Positions 29,249-40,560 of a stretch of 64,000 nt of DNA are shown here, piece after piece. This DNA is from an uncultured delta proteobacterium (GTDB taxonomy: Bacteria; Desulfobacterota; Binatia; UBA9968): assembly GCA_963737905.1 (NCBI GenBank), contig CAVTUQ010000009.1:160001-224000 (forward strand), read 5' to 3'. Under the pieces are notes generated by a model. The model was given only the letters and a program-made list of their open reading frames with translations. It was not told the DNA's origin and did no database searches. Made by a program: the position numbers and the translations under genes. Position 1 is the stretch's first letter, and every line of letters begins with the position of its first letter.

Positions 29249-29641
29249 GTCGTATCCCCCTTAGCCTAGCAATCGAGCAGTGTTCCGACGACAAGCAAAG
29301 AACAAGCTGAAGCACACGGCTAGGCATCTGCAGAAGAATTGCTAAAAAAAGCGGCTGGAGTTAGTAGCGGGTGGTGAGCAACTTACATTTCGAATTTCCC
29401 GCGTGCTTCAGTTGTTCGTCCTGTGTCGTTCATAGAGCAAACAATATGCCCGCTATTGAAAGGATTGTTGTTTTTGAATTGCCCACAGGCTGGCTGTCAA
29501 GAAAACCCTACACTCAGTAAGCAAATTGTCAGGATTTTGAAAACACCTTGTGGAAAGGGGAGGGGGGGCTGCTCGCTGTGCAACTCGTTACGACCGGTTG
29601 ACAGCAGCCGCGGATACTTCACCAACTCGATCCTGGGTGAA

Positions 29642-30715
29642 TCATACGATCGATGCGAGTTTTTCAACGGGTGGGAGTTGCAGATTGACTCCTTTTTTTT
29701 CGAGCTCCTTTTCGAACAACATTCGAATCTCTAGATCCTCGTTCTCGTACCGGATGAGATCCATTTTATCGCCCAAGACGTGGCGTTGCTCACCGTAACG
29801 CCACTTGGGACCATGCCCTCTCATGGCGACTTGCTTCAGTGGAATTTTCCCCGCATTGAAGTGTTGATGATACATCCGCCCGAAGGGCGAGAAGATACTT
29901 CCGGGCTTGAAATCATATTTCTGTCTCTTTTCACCCTCGAACCACGCTAGATCGTATCCTTCTCCGTCGATGATAAGCACCATCGCACCCGGATAGTGTC
30001 GGTGCGCTTGGTCATATGTGCCCACGGGGATTTCATGAATATGGCAGCCCAACACACCCTCACCTAAGCTGAACCTCATGTGCGAAATCCCGTAGCCCTT
30101 CGCATTCCACACATCCAGCTTGAATGTGCGCACGTCCGCGACGAAATTGGTCTCCCAGTTGTGCGATCCTCTCTGCTCACCCACTTGTTGAAAATAGTCG
30201 CCTTCGCCGTTGAATCGGTCCAGAAAGGAATAGGGATTATTGAAGATAAAGTTTTCTGAATGGTAGTAGTTGAGCGAATAGATCAAGTTTGTATAGGCGA
30301 GAAAACGAACGGGCTCTGCCGAAGAGCCGTTAAAATGTTGGTGCCAGGCATTGAGCGGAATCGCAAAAAGACTTCCCGCTTGCCATTCGAAGGTCTGTTT
30401 GGCTTGGCCGGTTTGCCATATCGAAGTCGCTCCTTTGCCACTGAGAACATAAATGATCTCTTCGAATAGATGATGTTCGACGTTGAGTGCCTCTCTGGGC
30501 GGAATTTCAGCGATGTAGCCGTCGCTCTCTTCTCCTCCGCCTAAGTTGAGATAGGCGCCTTTCCCTCCCAAACGCCGCCAATCTTCCAGCGGCAGCGTCA
30601 TCGTATCTTCGACGAAGCATCCTGTGTAGACCGGAATCGCTTCCTTTTCCTGCCATTTTTTGTATGGGCTTTTTTCCGACCATCCGTCACGATCGCCAAA
30701 TGCTCCAACATCCAT
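29642..30715 (-). CDS. Bicupin protein (gentisate 1,2-dioxygenase-like)
   Basis: Two cupin motifs: EHHLFEEIIYVLSG...PLNAWHQHFN and AHRHYPG...MYHQHFN; AAGGAG RBS before ATG 30715. Confidence 0.8.
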   Translation of the reverse strand: MDVGAFGDRDGWSEKSPYKKWQEKEAIPVYTGCFVEDTMTLPLEDWRRLGGKGAYLNLGGGEESDGYIAEIPPREALNVEHHLFEEIIYVLSGKGATSIWQTGQAKQTFEWQAGSLFAIPLNAWHQHFNGSSAEPVRFLAYTNLIYSLNYYHSENFIFNNPYSFLDRFNGEGDYFQQVGEQRGSHNWETNFVADVRTFKLDVWNAKGYGISHMRFSLGEGVLGCHIHEIPVGTYDQAHRHYPGAMVLIIDGEGYDLAWFEGEKRQKYDFKPGSIFSPFGRMYHQHFNAGKIPLKQVAMRGHGPKWRYGEQRHVLGDKMDLIRYENEDLEIRMLFEKELEKKGVNLQLPPVEKLASIV

Positions 30716-30807
30716 CGGTATCTCCTTGTAGGTTACTTCAACGCGCTGCAGGTCACTTAAAGTCGGTAACCTCGCGGCCACTACGGCATAGCGATTTATT
30801 TCACCTA

Positions 30808-31878
30808 TCATTTCAGACCAAAGAGGTCCCGGTACAGTTTCGCGTAACGATCGAAGTTAGCGCCCAAAAGTTCCGGGCTCATCGGGACGGTCTTGGGGTC
30901 CCCGAGTTTTGGATACCTTTGTTGTTGACCTCTCCGCGCGGGGCTTCGCCCGATTATCATGCCGACAAAATGCTGTGCTTCACTTGAAAGCGCCCAATCG
31001 ATGAACAGGGCAGCCGCGTACGGATGCTGAGCACGCTTGGCCAACATGAACATCTTCGGAACCGAGACGACTGGATCAAGAAAAAGCAGCCCAACCGGTG
31101 CGCCGTTTTCCATCAGCATCATGAGTCGATGAGAATAGAGCCATGGCGCCGCGGCAATCTCTCCTGCTGCCAAGAGTTGTGCCTGAAGCGTATGACCGCT
31201 GCGGAATTCGATTTGTTGATTGGCAAGCCTTTTGAAATATTGCAGCGCGCGCTCTTCGCCCCAGGCGTCGAAAAACACCCGAAAAATGTCGCCGTCGTCT
31301 TTATCCAGAGAGAGTCTGCCCTTCCAGGTTGGCAGCAATAGGTCGTCGTAGTTCTTGGGCAATTCGGATTCCTTGACGTAGCGTTTGTTGTAACCCAACG
31401 CCACCGGCAAGTAGGAGTATCCGTGCTACAATCGTTTCGGATCGACGAACTCCGCGCGAATCGCCGCGCTTTCCGGCGAATTGTACGGGTCAATCAGGCC
31501 GCGATCGATTAAGTTAGCGGCGGTAAGCGATGCTGACTCGATGACGTCTGCCGAATGCTTGCCGGCGCTCGCTTCGATGGCGACCTTGTTGTAAATCCCA
31601 CCTTCATTAGAGCGATAGTGGTCAATAGAAATGTACGGATGCGATTTACGAAACAACTCGAGGAAGGGCCGAGAGGCATCGACTCCGAGTGTTCCATAGA
31701 AAACCAATTTGCCTTCCTTCTTGGCACCCTCCGCAAGTTTGGACCTGTGCTCGGGGTTCTTAAAGTCCAGCGCCTTCAAAGCTTCAGCCGAAGGCTGGGC
31801 GGACGCCAAATCGAAACGAACCGCGACGATCAGAACAATCGCTGCCAGGACAGCGGTTTGTCGCTTGAGTGCAGCCAT
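30808..31878 (-). CDS. Extracellular solute-binding protein (Fe(III)-type) (frameshift near 31420)
   Basis: Signal peptide, GAKKEGKLVFYG, LGYN, HPYAAALFIDWALS. Confidence 0.8.
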
Positions 31879-31957
31879 GCTTTTCCTCCTGAGTCAAAAA
31901 CCAAGCGCTCTTCCGAGTCGTAGTTTCCGGGTAGGGCAGCAAGAGTTCTTTTCAATT

Positions 31958-33046
31958 CTACGAAACAGTGTTACGCGAGCAGAACGGGTGCACCGCGCTC
32001 ATTTCGCAAGTGGCGCCCGCACGAGCCAGAGCGAGTTCAAAATCGGCATGAATGTCTAGGTTTTCGTCCTCGTATTCGATCTGGTCGCCGCCTTGTTTCG
32101 TGCTCTCGTCGACACCGTAAAATTTCCTCATGCCGAGAAATTTCTTGCTCCCGGCCCAGCGCAGGGCAAGGTACCGAGCGGGTTGGGGCCCGCTGTTAAA
32201 ATGCTGGTGAAACCAGTTTTCCGGGGGCACGATAATCGTCCCCTCCTGCCAATCGAATTTTCGCGGCGGTTCGCCTGCTTGCCACATGAGCGAGTAGCCG
32301 GTGCCGTCTAAAATAATTACGTGATTGCCAGGCCCGTGACGGTGAGCTTTTTTATAGGTTCCAACGGGAAACTCCGATACCAGCGCGGCAAGAATATTTT
32401 CGCAAAGGTCGATCAAAACCGTTCTCCGCCCGCTCCGCGCTCTTTCCACTCGTAAGCGCGATGGAACTGACATCTTCGACAAAATTGGTATCCCAAATGC
32501 GTCCCCGATAAGCCTGCCCCTTGCCGGAAAAATAATCGTCGGCCTCCGTATAGCGGTCGCGGAACTCGAATGGGTTTTTGAAGATGAAGTTGAGGTTATG
32601 AAACAAGTTCATAACGATGGGCGCCGTGGTGACGGCCAGGAATCTGGCGGGCTCCGTACCACTACCGTTGAAATGTTGACGCCAGGTATTCAGCGGCGGC
32701 GAAAACAAGCTGCCGGCTTGCCATTCAAAGGTTTGCTTTTTGCCGTCGGCCCAGCCAATGGATGTCGCACCACGGCCGCCTAAGACGTAAATCAACTCTT
32801 CAAAGAATGTCGTTCAGGCACCAAGGCTTTGCCCGGCGGAATCTCGCAGATATAAGCGTCATTTACTTCGCCCGTGCCGATCAAATTCAAATAGACTCCG
32901 CGTCCGCCTTTTCGCTCCCAGGGATACAGGGTAACCTCGCGGATATCCGGAATATAAAAATCGCGAAGCACGGGCAGGCCTTCGCTTTCGAGCCATTTCT
33001 GGTATGTCGTTCTTCCACGAATCTCAGCGTTTTGGTTTGGGATCAT
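31958..33046 (-). CDS. Bicupin protein, paralog of 29642 (frameshifts near 32795, 32450, 32410)
   Basis: EIPPG...IYVLGGRGATS...FEWQAGSLFSPPLNTWRQHFN; GTYKKAHRHGPG...WFHQHFN. Confidence 0.8.
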
Positions 33047-33148
33047 GAGGTTTCCTGGCTAAAGCTCCGGGTCCAAGTCGAATCAAACAACGTGGTTGGT
33101 CGCGACTAGTCTTCTCCTTGTCAATTGAGGAAACGATTGATTTAAGTC

Positions 33149-34120
33149 CTACGACCATGCCGCAAAGCCCATACCGACTCCCGTACCCGCGGCCGATCGA
33201 TAGCAGGGCGCGTAGTCGATGAGCTTCATTTCGAGATGCTCTGTGGCGCCAGCAGTAACAATCCAGTTGCGGATTTCGGAAGTTCCAGACATCAGCCTCT
33301 CGTTTGGTATCGATGTCAGCAGTTTTTCATCCTTGTTATTCATTGCCGAAATAATCGTCTTATCGAACTCTTCGTCCAGTACGAAGTGACTCAAGCCGCC
33401 GGAAGCAATGATGGCGACGCGGGTATCGCTATTCCAAGCTTCCACCGCTTGTCGTAAAGCCTTACCAAGCTCGTAGCAACGCTCCGCCGAGGGCTGATTG
33501 GGCGGATAGTAAGTGTTCAGCATAATCGGCACCGTCGGAACGGGTCGGTTATTCAGAATGCGCCGGTAGACGAAGCTGAACGCATGACCCATGCCTTGGC
33601 CCTGTCTAATAAATTGGGACTGCGCCACGTCGAACCGACGATCCATGAGCAACTCAATCAGGTGCCTGCCCAAGTCCGATGCGACGGGATAATCCTTTTC
33701 TTCCTCGCCATAAGCCCAACGGGCCGAATGCAGGGCTGGAATGAGACTCTCTGGTATGTGTGGGATGGTTCTGCCCCAGTAGATTAGCATCGCTGGGACG
33801 TTGTCGTCTCTAATGACTTCTTGCTGGTCATCTCCGACCATGATGAGCACGTCAGGCATGACGCTCTCGACGATTTCCGCCTCTTTAGCGATCGCGCGCT
33901 GGCAAGCCTCATAGCGGGCTCGCCACTTTTCTGGAGTAAGCTCCGCTTGAATCGAGGGCGGCGCGGTCTTTAAAAGCTGGTTGTAAGTCAAAGGAGTGCC
34001 GTCGTTGGCGAAGAGGTCATCGCCGCGCTTGTCCCGCTCAGCGTGCACGGGCCAAACTTCAGGCGGGGTACTCAATTGCGGACTGTGAGAAGTGCCTAAG
34101 CCGAGCACGATTCTTGCCAT
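33149..34120 (-). CDS. desZ: LigB-superfamily extradiol dioxygenase, DesZ (3-O-methylgallate 3,4-dioxygenase)-like
   Basis: GTSHSP, HAFSFVYRRI, NTYYPPNQP, ASGGLSHFVLDEE, GTSEIRNW, DYAPCYRSAAGTG match recalled DesZ motifs; substrate unproven. Confidence 0.8.
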   Translation of the reverse strand: MARIVLGLGTSHSPQLSTPPEVWPVHAERDKRGDDLFANDGTPLTYNQLLKTAPPSIQAELTPEKWRARYEACQRAIAKEAEIVESVMPDVLIMVGDDQQEVIRDDNVPAMLIYWGRTIPHIPESLIPALHSARWAYGEEEKDYPVASDLGRHLIELLMDRRFDVAQSQFIRQGQGMGHAFSFVYRRILNNRPVPTVPIMLNTYYPPNQPSAERCYELGKALRQAVEAWNSDTRVAIIASGGLSHFVLDEEFDKTIISAMNNKDEKLLTSIPNERLMSGTSEIRNWIVTAGATEHLEMKLIDYAPCYRSAAGTGVGMGFAAWS

Positions 34121-34132
34121 TTTGCAGCTCCT

Positions 34133-35144
34133 CTAGCGCGAATCGGTGATATGGCTTTCTCTGGCTGGTTGTGAAACACCCGTGTTAGGCAATCTGGAGA
34201 CGGTTTCTGCCATGGGGAATAAGTTATTGAGACTCGGACGCGATGAGATATATCCCTGCTGCTCGGCATACTCGACGAATTTCTCAAGCACGTTCGCATT
34301 AGGGCTCAAGCCGTGGTTCCACGGGTTCTCGCCGAATCTTCTCTCCTGTTCTTCGCGCAAAAGCACCGCCGTAGGAAATGAAAATCGTTTCGGGTACTGA
34401 TATCGCTCCATGCATAACCTGTCAGCTTCATCGAACGCGGCGAGAAGCCGTCCGGCGAGCCACGGATGTTTATTCAAAAGCGATTCTTTTAAAACCAGGG
34501 TGTGCGTAATCGGAAAAATCTGCGTTCTATCGAAGTAGCGTTGTACCGAAGTTGGGCAATCCTGGAACAGTCTCCGTATCCGAGGATCGCCGGCCCGGTA
34601 TGCACGCGGCACATTTGCCGCAATCACCGCATCCAGCTCCCCGTCGAGAAGCAGTTGTTCCACATCTTTCTCTTGAACAGTTTTCTTTACGTTCTGAGGC
34701 GCCGCGTATCCGGCACCTTTCGGTCGATGAGGTAACCCAATGAACGTCGGAGGGAGAAACGCCGTGATGTTCTTGGAGGATTCCCCGCGCCCACAAGCCG
34801 ACGGTAAACCGGTATTGCTCCATCCCCACCTTTTTGCCTTTCAAGTCTTGAGGCGCGTCGATTCCGGAATTTGGCGAGCAGAAGATATACGGCTGTATGA
34901 ACATGCGGAGCGGAAAAACCGGTAGGGCCACCAAGGGTTCGCCGCGGCAGCGCGCCATGACATACCAAGACAAGGACATTTCTACGACGTCGAACATTTC
35001 ATACACGGGCCTATAGCACGCTGCTCCCTGGGTTGGCGGAGGAAATACTTTTAGGGAAACGCCGTCAACGCGCGCCTCGCCCGTGGCCAGCGCGTTGGTT
35101 CTGTCATAATCCGCAACCATCAAACTGAGCTCAAGATCACCCAT
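34133..35144 (-). CDS. 4,5-dihydroxyphthalate decarboxylase-like protein (frameshift near 34700)
   Basis: DYDRT.AL, FDVVEMSLS.Y, ALPVFPLRMF, DLKGKKVG..Y, GELDAVI, IFPITHTLV. Confidence 0.8.
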
Positions 35145-35205
35145 GTTGGACCCCTTTCACGTAAGCCTGTCTAACCGTCGATCCAATCTATAGACTGCGC
35201 TCTCG

Positions 35206-36198
35206 CTACCTCTTGAGTTGGTCGCCGGCCAACTTATTGACGAAATCTTCGCGGAAAAACTTATCCATATTTCCGTCTATCTTGAGATTTGCTGCGCGCG
35301 CCAAGGCCTCAATATTTCCTTTGTTCATGGATACTGAGAAGCCGTCAATAACGTAATTCAGCGACTTCTCCAAGGTCTCTGTATTGGCACTCAGGTCTAC
35401 TTTGCTCAGAAACAGGATTGTCTTCCGCGTTTCACTGCGGATAAAGGTTATCGAGTTCCGAATGGCTTTTAAAAAGGCAAAGATTTCCGCTGGCTGGGAT
35501 TTTGCCTTTAGATTTGTCGTAACAATGACAACAAAAGGCAGCTCAGGGATCGCCTTGCCGATTTCAAAAAGCGTCGGGAAACCCTTTGCCTCTAACAAAC
35601 CTCTTTCAGTTGCAGAAAACGGAGCAGCTTGAATTATTCCGTTCTCCAAAGCGTTTACCCGCATAGGGCTATTGCTCGTGAACATCACTCGGTAGTCTCT
35701 ATCACGAACCAAACCCTTCCTTCTCAAGGCTTCGACGGTGGCGAACTCAGTCACCCCTCCGGATCCAGTTACACCGATTACCTTTCCTTTGAGATCGCTG
35801 ACCGTTGATATCCCTTTCGCCGCAATGAGGGCTTGATCCAAATGGGCGGTATGTCCGCCTACAATGACAACATCCGCGCCTCTGTTGATGCTGGTGATTG
35901 CTGTAATTCCCCCCATAATCGCAAAGTCGGCTTCGCCACTCAGCAAGGCGGCTATGATAATAGGTCCTCCCCTTACATAAGTAGGCCGTACGTCAAGCCC
36001 TTCAGCAGTGAACATTCCGAACTGTCGCCCTATGCTTACAGGCAAAGATGAGTTCCACGCGGGTGAAGGATATACGACGGTCAGCGTTTTCGCATGAACA
36101 TAGCCGGGGGTGAGCAAGGGCTGGCAAAGGAAAGCCACCACAACCCCTAAAAAAAGGAATTGTTGCAACGTGCTTAGTGAGATTTGAGACCGAGCCAT
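35206..36198 (-). CDS. NMT1/SsuA-like ABC substrate-binding protein
   Basis: FTAEGLDV, ALLSGEADF, DLKGKVIGV. Confidence 0.85.
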   Translation of the reverse strand: MARSQISLSTLQQFLFLGVVVAFLCQPLLTPGYVHAKTLTVVYPSPAWNSSLPVSIGRQFGMFTAEGLDVRPTYVRGGPIIIAALLSGEADFAIMGGITAITSINRGADVVIVGGHTAHLDQALIAAKGISTVSDLKGKVIGVTGSGGVTEFATVEALRRKGLVRDRDYRVMFTSNSPMRVNALENGIIQAAPFSATERGLLEAKGFPTLFEIGKAIPELPFVVIVTTNLKAKSQPAEIFAFLKAIRNSITFIRSETRKTILFLSKVDLSANTETLEKSLNYVIDGFSVSMNKGNIEALARAANLKIDGNMDKFFREDFVNKLAGDQLKR

Positions 36199-37306
36199 TT
36201 AGTTGTTAGCCGTCGTATGCATGGCGGCCAGGCGCTCTGAACGCTGCCATCGCTTGAGCGGCTTTCCCTCCGCGAGAGCTTGCAGCTCTCGTTCCCAGAT
36301 TTTTCGAATAAGGATTAACGCTCGATCCGACCGGCCCAAGATTTCTTGCTTCCGAAGATCTACCGGTCCCTGGCCAACCTGAGTCGCATAGTCCTGAATC
36401 CAAATGATGTTCGCTCGCTCATCCCCTTCGATGTCTTGTATCCGAACCTCGCCCCGGAGAATAGCCTCTCCCAATCGGCCGCCGGGTGGCCAAGTTGCCG
36501 GTCCGCGCCTTGTGGCGATTCTTATAAGCCTCCCCTTCGGCACCGTTGAGAATGTGGGTGACGTCCAGTTGAAAACTCGCATGTCGCTCATCGTCAATTG
36601 GCACTCGCCACGCGAGATGATCTCGGTCGCGCTCCCGAAAACAGAGAATGTTCGGCAAGCCATGGTGAGTGATGTAAAGCTTTCCGCTCGGGAAGCGCGA
36701 CTGCAGCAGCACACCCCACTCGCTCTCCTCGACCGCGATTTCTGGAATCTCGACGGCTCGACTCATGTACAACTCAGACTCACGGTGAGTAAACGGGATA
36801 TGAATCGGATCATTCTCCAGGTTATTGACGAAATTGCACGGTCGCACGTAAGTCTCGACCCAGAGTCCTGCCTTTTCAAAATCAGGATAGCGAGGCAGCG
36901 GCGGCGGTTCTCCTTCGCCGAAATAGACAAAGATCAATCCCAAATATTCTTTGGCAGGACAACTCCGAATGCGAATCTTTTCCGCGAACGATTCCCTTTC
37001 CGCCGGCTGCTCCACGCACTGCCCCGATCCATCGAACTTCCAACCGTGAAATCGACAGCGAATCGAGTCGTTCTCAATCCAGCCAACCGACAGTTGGGTC
37101 AAACGATGCGGACAGCGAAATGCCACCACATGAGGCTTCCCGCTTTGGCCTCGATAGAGAGTAAAGTCTTCGCCCATGACTCGGATCGGCTTTGCCCAGC
37201 CCGGTTTCAAGTCTTCCGCCCGGAACACCGGATGCCAGAATTTCCTCATATATCGGCCGGCCAGGGTCTCGGGTTCGGTGTAATAATAATCCATGAAATT
37301 GGTCAT
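36199..37306 (-). CDS. Rieske non-heme iron oxygenase (phthalate 4,5-dioxygenase/VanA-LigX family) (frameshift near 36480)
   Basis: AGRYMRKFWHP, CPH...CRFHGW Rieske ligands, DPIH..FTH and QD mononuclear Fe ligands, LGRSD. Confidence 0.85.
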
Positions 37307-37358
37307 AGTTTACCTGTGCTGCTGTTACCCGCTATTGCTTTGCTGCCGTATAAAACTT

Positions 37359-38320
37359 CTATTTAAGTCCCAGCTCTCTCATTGCTTCCCGCACGGGACT
37401 CAGCTCGGCCACCGTAGTCGAGGAAACTTCGCCGGTTATTTTAAGATCATTTTTTGCTTGATCGATGACCACCCGAAGGCCATCCTCGGGGATAAAGCCA
37501 TTGGGGCTGAAGCCCTTCCACGTCGAATCAAAAGAGGCAGTGGCACTTGATCGATCGGTTTTGGCCCAGGCCGCTAAAATTTGAATGGCATCATCGCGAT
37601 GTTTGATCATGAATTGATTAGCCCTGATCAACGTCTTGATGACCTTCTTAACCTCCTCGGGTTTTTCCGCCAGTTTTTTTGTGTTAGTTCCCAATCCCAT
37701 GTATGGAAATCGCACAATCTCATTGGCTTTCGTCAGCACGGTGAAACCCATTTTTTTTCCTTCGGAATCGCTTGGCGGAGCAACCACCGCGCCGTCCACG
37801 ACACCCTGACTCATCGCAGCCAAACGTGCACCATCTGAGCCCAAGGCGATAAGTTTGATGTCCTGCTTTGGATCGAGGCCGAAGTGTTTGCTGATCAGCT
37901 GCGCGACGACGTCGGCGGAGCTGCCGAAGGAGCCGAATGCGATGGATCTCCCTTAAATTCCTTGAATGATTGAATACCCGGTCGCGCCAGAATCACATAA
38001 GTCGGGCTGTCGATGAATGTCGCCACGACTTTTACCGGCAACCCTCGCATTGCCGCTCTCACGACCGCACTAAAAACCATCGTGTAGTCGATGGAGCCGC
38101 TCGCCAGCGCCGAAATCGACACGCTTGCCGTAGTTTGAATGATTTCCGGGTCTAGGCCTTCGTCCCTGAAATATCCCTTTTTTGTTGCGACCCCGGCGCT
38201 CAGATAGGTTATGTTGTAGTTTGTTACGGCAATCCTAATTTTGTCGGCGGCTTCGACCGAGCTACCGCAAACGCAAACAAGCAAAAAAGCCGCCGATATT
38301 CTGTTGATGTGATTTCTCAT
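37359..38320 (-). CDS. NMT1/SsuA-like ABC substrate-binding protein (frameshift near 37945)
   Basis: KGYFRDEGLD, ALASGSIDY, GLDP..I, ARLAAMSQG.VDG. Confidence 0.8.
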
Positions 38321-38463
38321 GGGTAAATCCGTCCGGGTAAGCGAATTTTGACAGTGTCACGTAACTACGGCATATCCTTGTCGAGACACGATCACACCGT
38401 CCGCTTGACGAAAACTCTCAAAACCGCCGAGGGTTGTCAAGATTAAATCTTTCGACTATTAGA

Positions 38464-38478
38464 TTAAGCAGGGCTTAA
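38464..38478. promoter_or_regulatory. Palindromic LysR-type T-N11-A operator
   Basis: TTAAG-CAGGG-CTTAA just upstream of the LysR start, in the divergent intergenic region. Confidence 0.55.
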
Positions 38479-38485
38479 CCAGGCG

Positions 38486-39448
38486 ATGGGGATGGATCCG
38501 AGAAAGCTACGCGCTTTTTACTATGTGGGTAAGTACGGGAGTCTGCTCACAGCAGCGAACTATCTCAAAGTGAGCCCTCCCGCGATTTCCGTTCAGCTCA
38601 AAGCATTTGAAAAAGAATTACAGGTCAAGCTGTTTCATCGGTACCCGAATAAATTGATTCTCACAGAGCACGGACGGCTCCTGCTCAATAAAGCTAACCG
38701 TGTCTTTGAAGCGATGACGCAACTCGAGGAAGCCGCCTCGCAAACGCCCCAAACGGATTTGGAATTATTAACGATCGCTTTGGGAAGCGATCTGCCGAAA
38801 TTCCTCGCCCCACAAATTGCCGCTTTTAGTCGGAGTCATCCGCGCCTGAGGGTGACCATTATATCTCGACCCTCTGAAACATTATCGTTGCTCCTGGAAG
38901 GTACGGTGGACGTAGCCATTGGGTGGTTTACAAAAGTACCTCGCGCTCTTCAAAAGCGGACCTTATTCGATAGCAAATTGTACCTGGTCTTCCCTCACAA
39001 CCATCCTCTTTCGCGAAAACAAAACGTATCTCTTGCTGACATTGCCAGCTTCAGGCTGATCCTGCACGCTCGCAGTGCGGCAGCCAGGCGGATTGTTGAT
39101 TCCCGTTTCCATGACAATGGAATTGAAATTGACAATATTCTAGAAGTCGGAACATGCGACGCTATCGCAGAATTTGTGCGGTTAGGCCTTGGGATCGGCT
39201 TTATCCATGACATTTGTTTGCCGAAGGGACGAGACAAGAATATTGAATCGTTGGATATGAGCCCTAAGACTCGGGACTCTAGAGGTATCCTTGGTCTACA
39301 AAAAATCAACTGCCTCGAGCTCGTCCTACAAAGCTCTGATTCAAAGCCTCGCTCCCTCTTGCGAGCCGATTTCCAAATAGGGCACGTCATTTTGAGGAGC
39401 GCCCACGCCATGGCTTGGGAACGGCGCGACTGCAGGTTTTTCACTTGA
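38486..39448 (+). CDS. LysR-family transcriptional regulator (probable 3' frameshift near 39270)
   Basis: LRAFYYV..GS...AA..L..SPPAIS.QLK..E..L..KLF HTH; VRLGLGIGF. Confidence 0.9.
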   Translation: MGMDPRKLRAFYYVGKYGSLLTAANYLKVSPPAISVQLKAFEKELQVKLFHRYPNKLILTEHGRLLLNKANRVFEAMTQLEEAASQTPQTDLELLTIALGSDLPKFLAPQIAAFSRSHPRLRVTIISRPSETLSLLLEGTVDVAIGWFTKVPRALQKRTLFDSKLYLVFPHNHPLSRKQNVSLADIASFRLILHARSAAARRIVDSRFHDNGIEIDNILEVGTCDAIAEFVRLGLGIGFIHDICLPKGRDKNIESLDMSPKTRDSRGILGLQKINCLELVLQSSDSKPRSLLRADFQIGHVILRSAHAMAWERRDCRFFT

Positions 39449-39497
39449 TGTCTTTCGCTCGCCTGCCCTATCTTACGTTTGCCGGGTCGCGCACATA

Positions 39498-40094
39498 ATG
39501 AAACGTCAAATTACTTTAGTCAGATTTGCTTTGACAGTCTTGTTTTCCGTTGTCCCGGTTTTAGACGCAGGCGCCAAGGATATCAATCTGGGTTGGTCCG
39601 GCCAGGGTAGTTGGTCCACTTTACCTTACATCGTCGCGGGTGAAAGAGGGTTCTTCGAGAGAGAAGGACTAAAGGTCCGGCTCATTACTTTTCGCGGTAC
39701 GAACCTCATGCTAACCGCGCTTCTCGCTGGAGAGCTGGATTACGCGACGATCCTGCCATTTCTCACCGGAGCGTCGGCGCGGGGATTGCCTGTGAAAATC
39801 CTCGGAGCGGTAACCAAGAGCAGCTCTTACGTTATCATCTCGCGGCCGGAGATCGAAAACATCAAAGGTCTGAGAGGCAAAAAAGTCGGTATCAATTCAT
39901 TCGGAAGCTCGGTGGACTATACGGCGTACACGGCTTTGAGTAGAAGCGGGTTGGATCCCAACAACGATGTTACGATTCTCATGTCGGGCGGCGGCAATGT
40001 CGACCGCATCGCTGCGGTCATGAGTGGATCCATCGATGCCACCGTTAAAACTAAGAATCTACGTCAAGATAGGGATCTGTCTCCGCCGGCTTAG
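39498..40094 (+). pseudogene. NMT1/SsuA-like substrate-binding protein, 3'-truncated (~60% length)
   Basis: GFFEREGL, LRGKKVGI, GLDPNNDV, SGSIDAT, then an abrupt unrelated tail. Confidence 0.7.
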
Positions 40095-40107
40095 CACCGC
40101 CGGCGAA
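40083..40107. terminator. Short GC hairpin between convergent genes
   Basis: CGCCGGC-ttagcacc-GCCGGCG; no clear poly-U tract. Confidence 0.35.
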
Positions 40108-40497
40108 TCACTGCGTAAACGATAACTCCCAACGGTTGCCATCGGGGTCGAAAACATTGATGGAATAATTCGGACTGTCCCTATGCGGCCGGATTTTTTC
40201 GATGTTGGCGCCGATGTCTTTTAACGCCTTCAAAGCTTTCTCTTGCTCTTGCCAGGGAATAGTCAACGTGTGATGAGGGTCAACCTCTCGCGGCTTTATC
40301 GACGCGTCAAACAGATGAACTTCGAAATTGCCCAGCCGAACATCGACCTCTTTGACCTGGCCGGCTTTTAGCTGTTCTTCAGTCGGCTCCACCCGTCGGG
40401 TGATCTGTCCACCGAGCACATGGGTATAGAACTCCACCGCTTTGTTTAGATCCTTGGCGCTCATGGCAAATGTTCTAAGTCCTTTGATATCAAACAT
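40108..40497 (-). CDS. VOC/glyoxalase-family protein
   Basis: DL.KAVEFY..VLG, FDPDGNRWEL. Confidence 0.85.
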   Translation of the reverse strand: MFDIKGLRTFAMSAKDLNKAVEFYTHVLGGQITRRVEPTEEQLKAGQVKEVDVRLGNFEVHLFDASIKPREVDPHHTLTIPWQEQEKALKALKDIGANIEKIRPHRDSPNYSINVFDPDGNRWELSFTQ

Positions 40498-40560
40498 GGG
40501 ATCCTCCCTTGATTAAGACTGATTCTCTTGCCGTCAATGGTTTTACGCTGGTTACACTTT

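Noticed and set aside
36404-37366. 320-aa plus-strand ORF, and similar long antisense ORFs at 13423-14247, 16994-17809, 22768-23571, 56929-57861 and 59923-60765
   Set aside because: Shadow ORFs opposite well-supported genes, with no recognisable motifs
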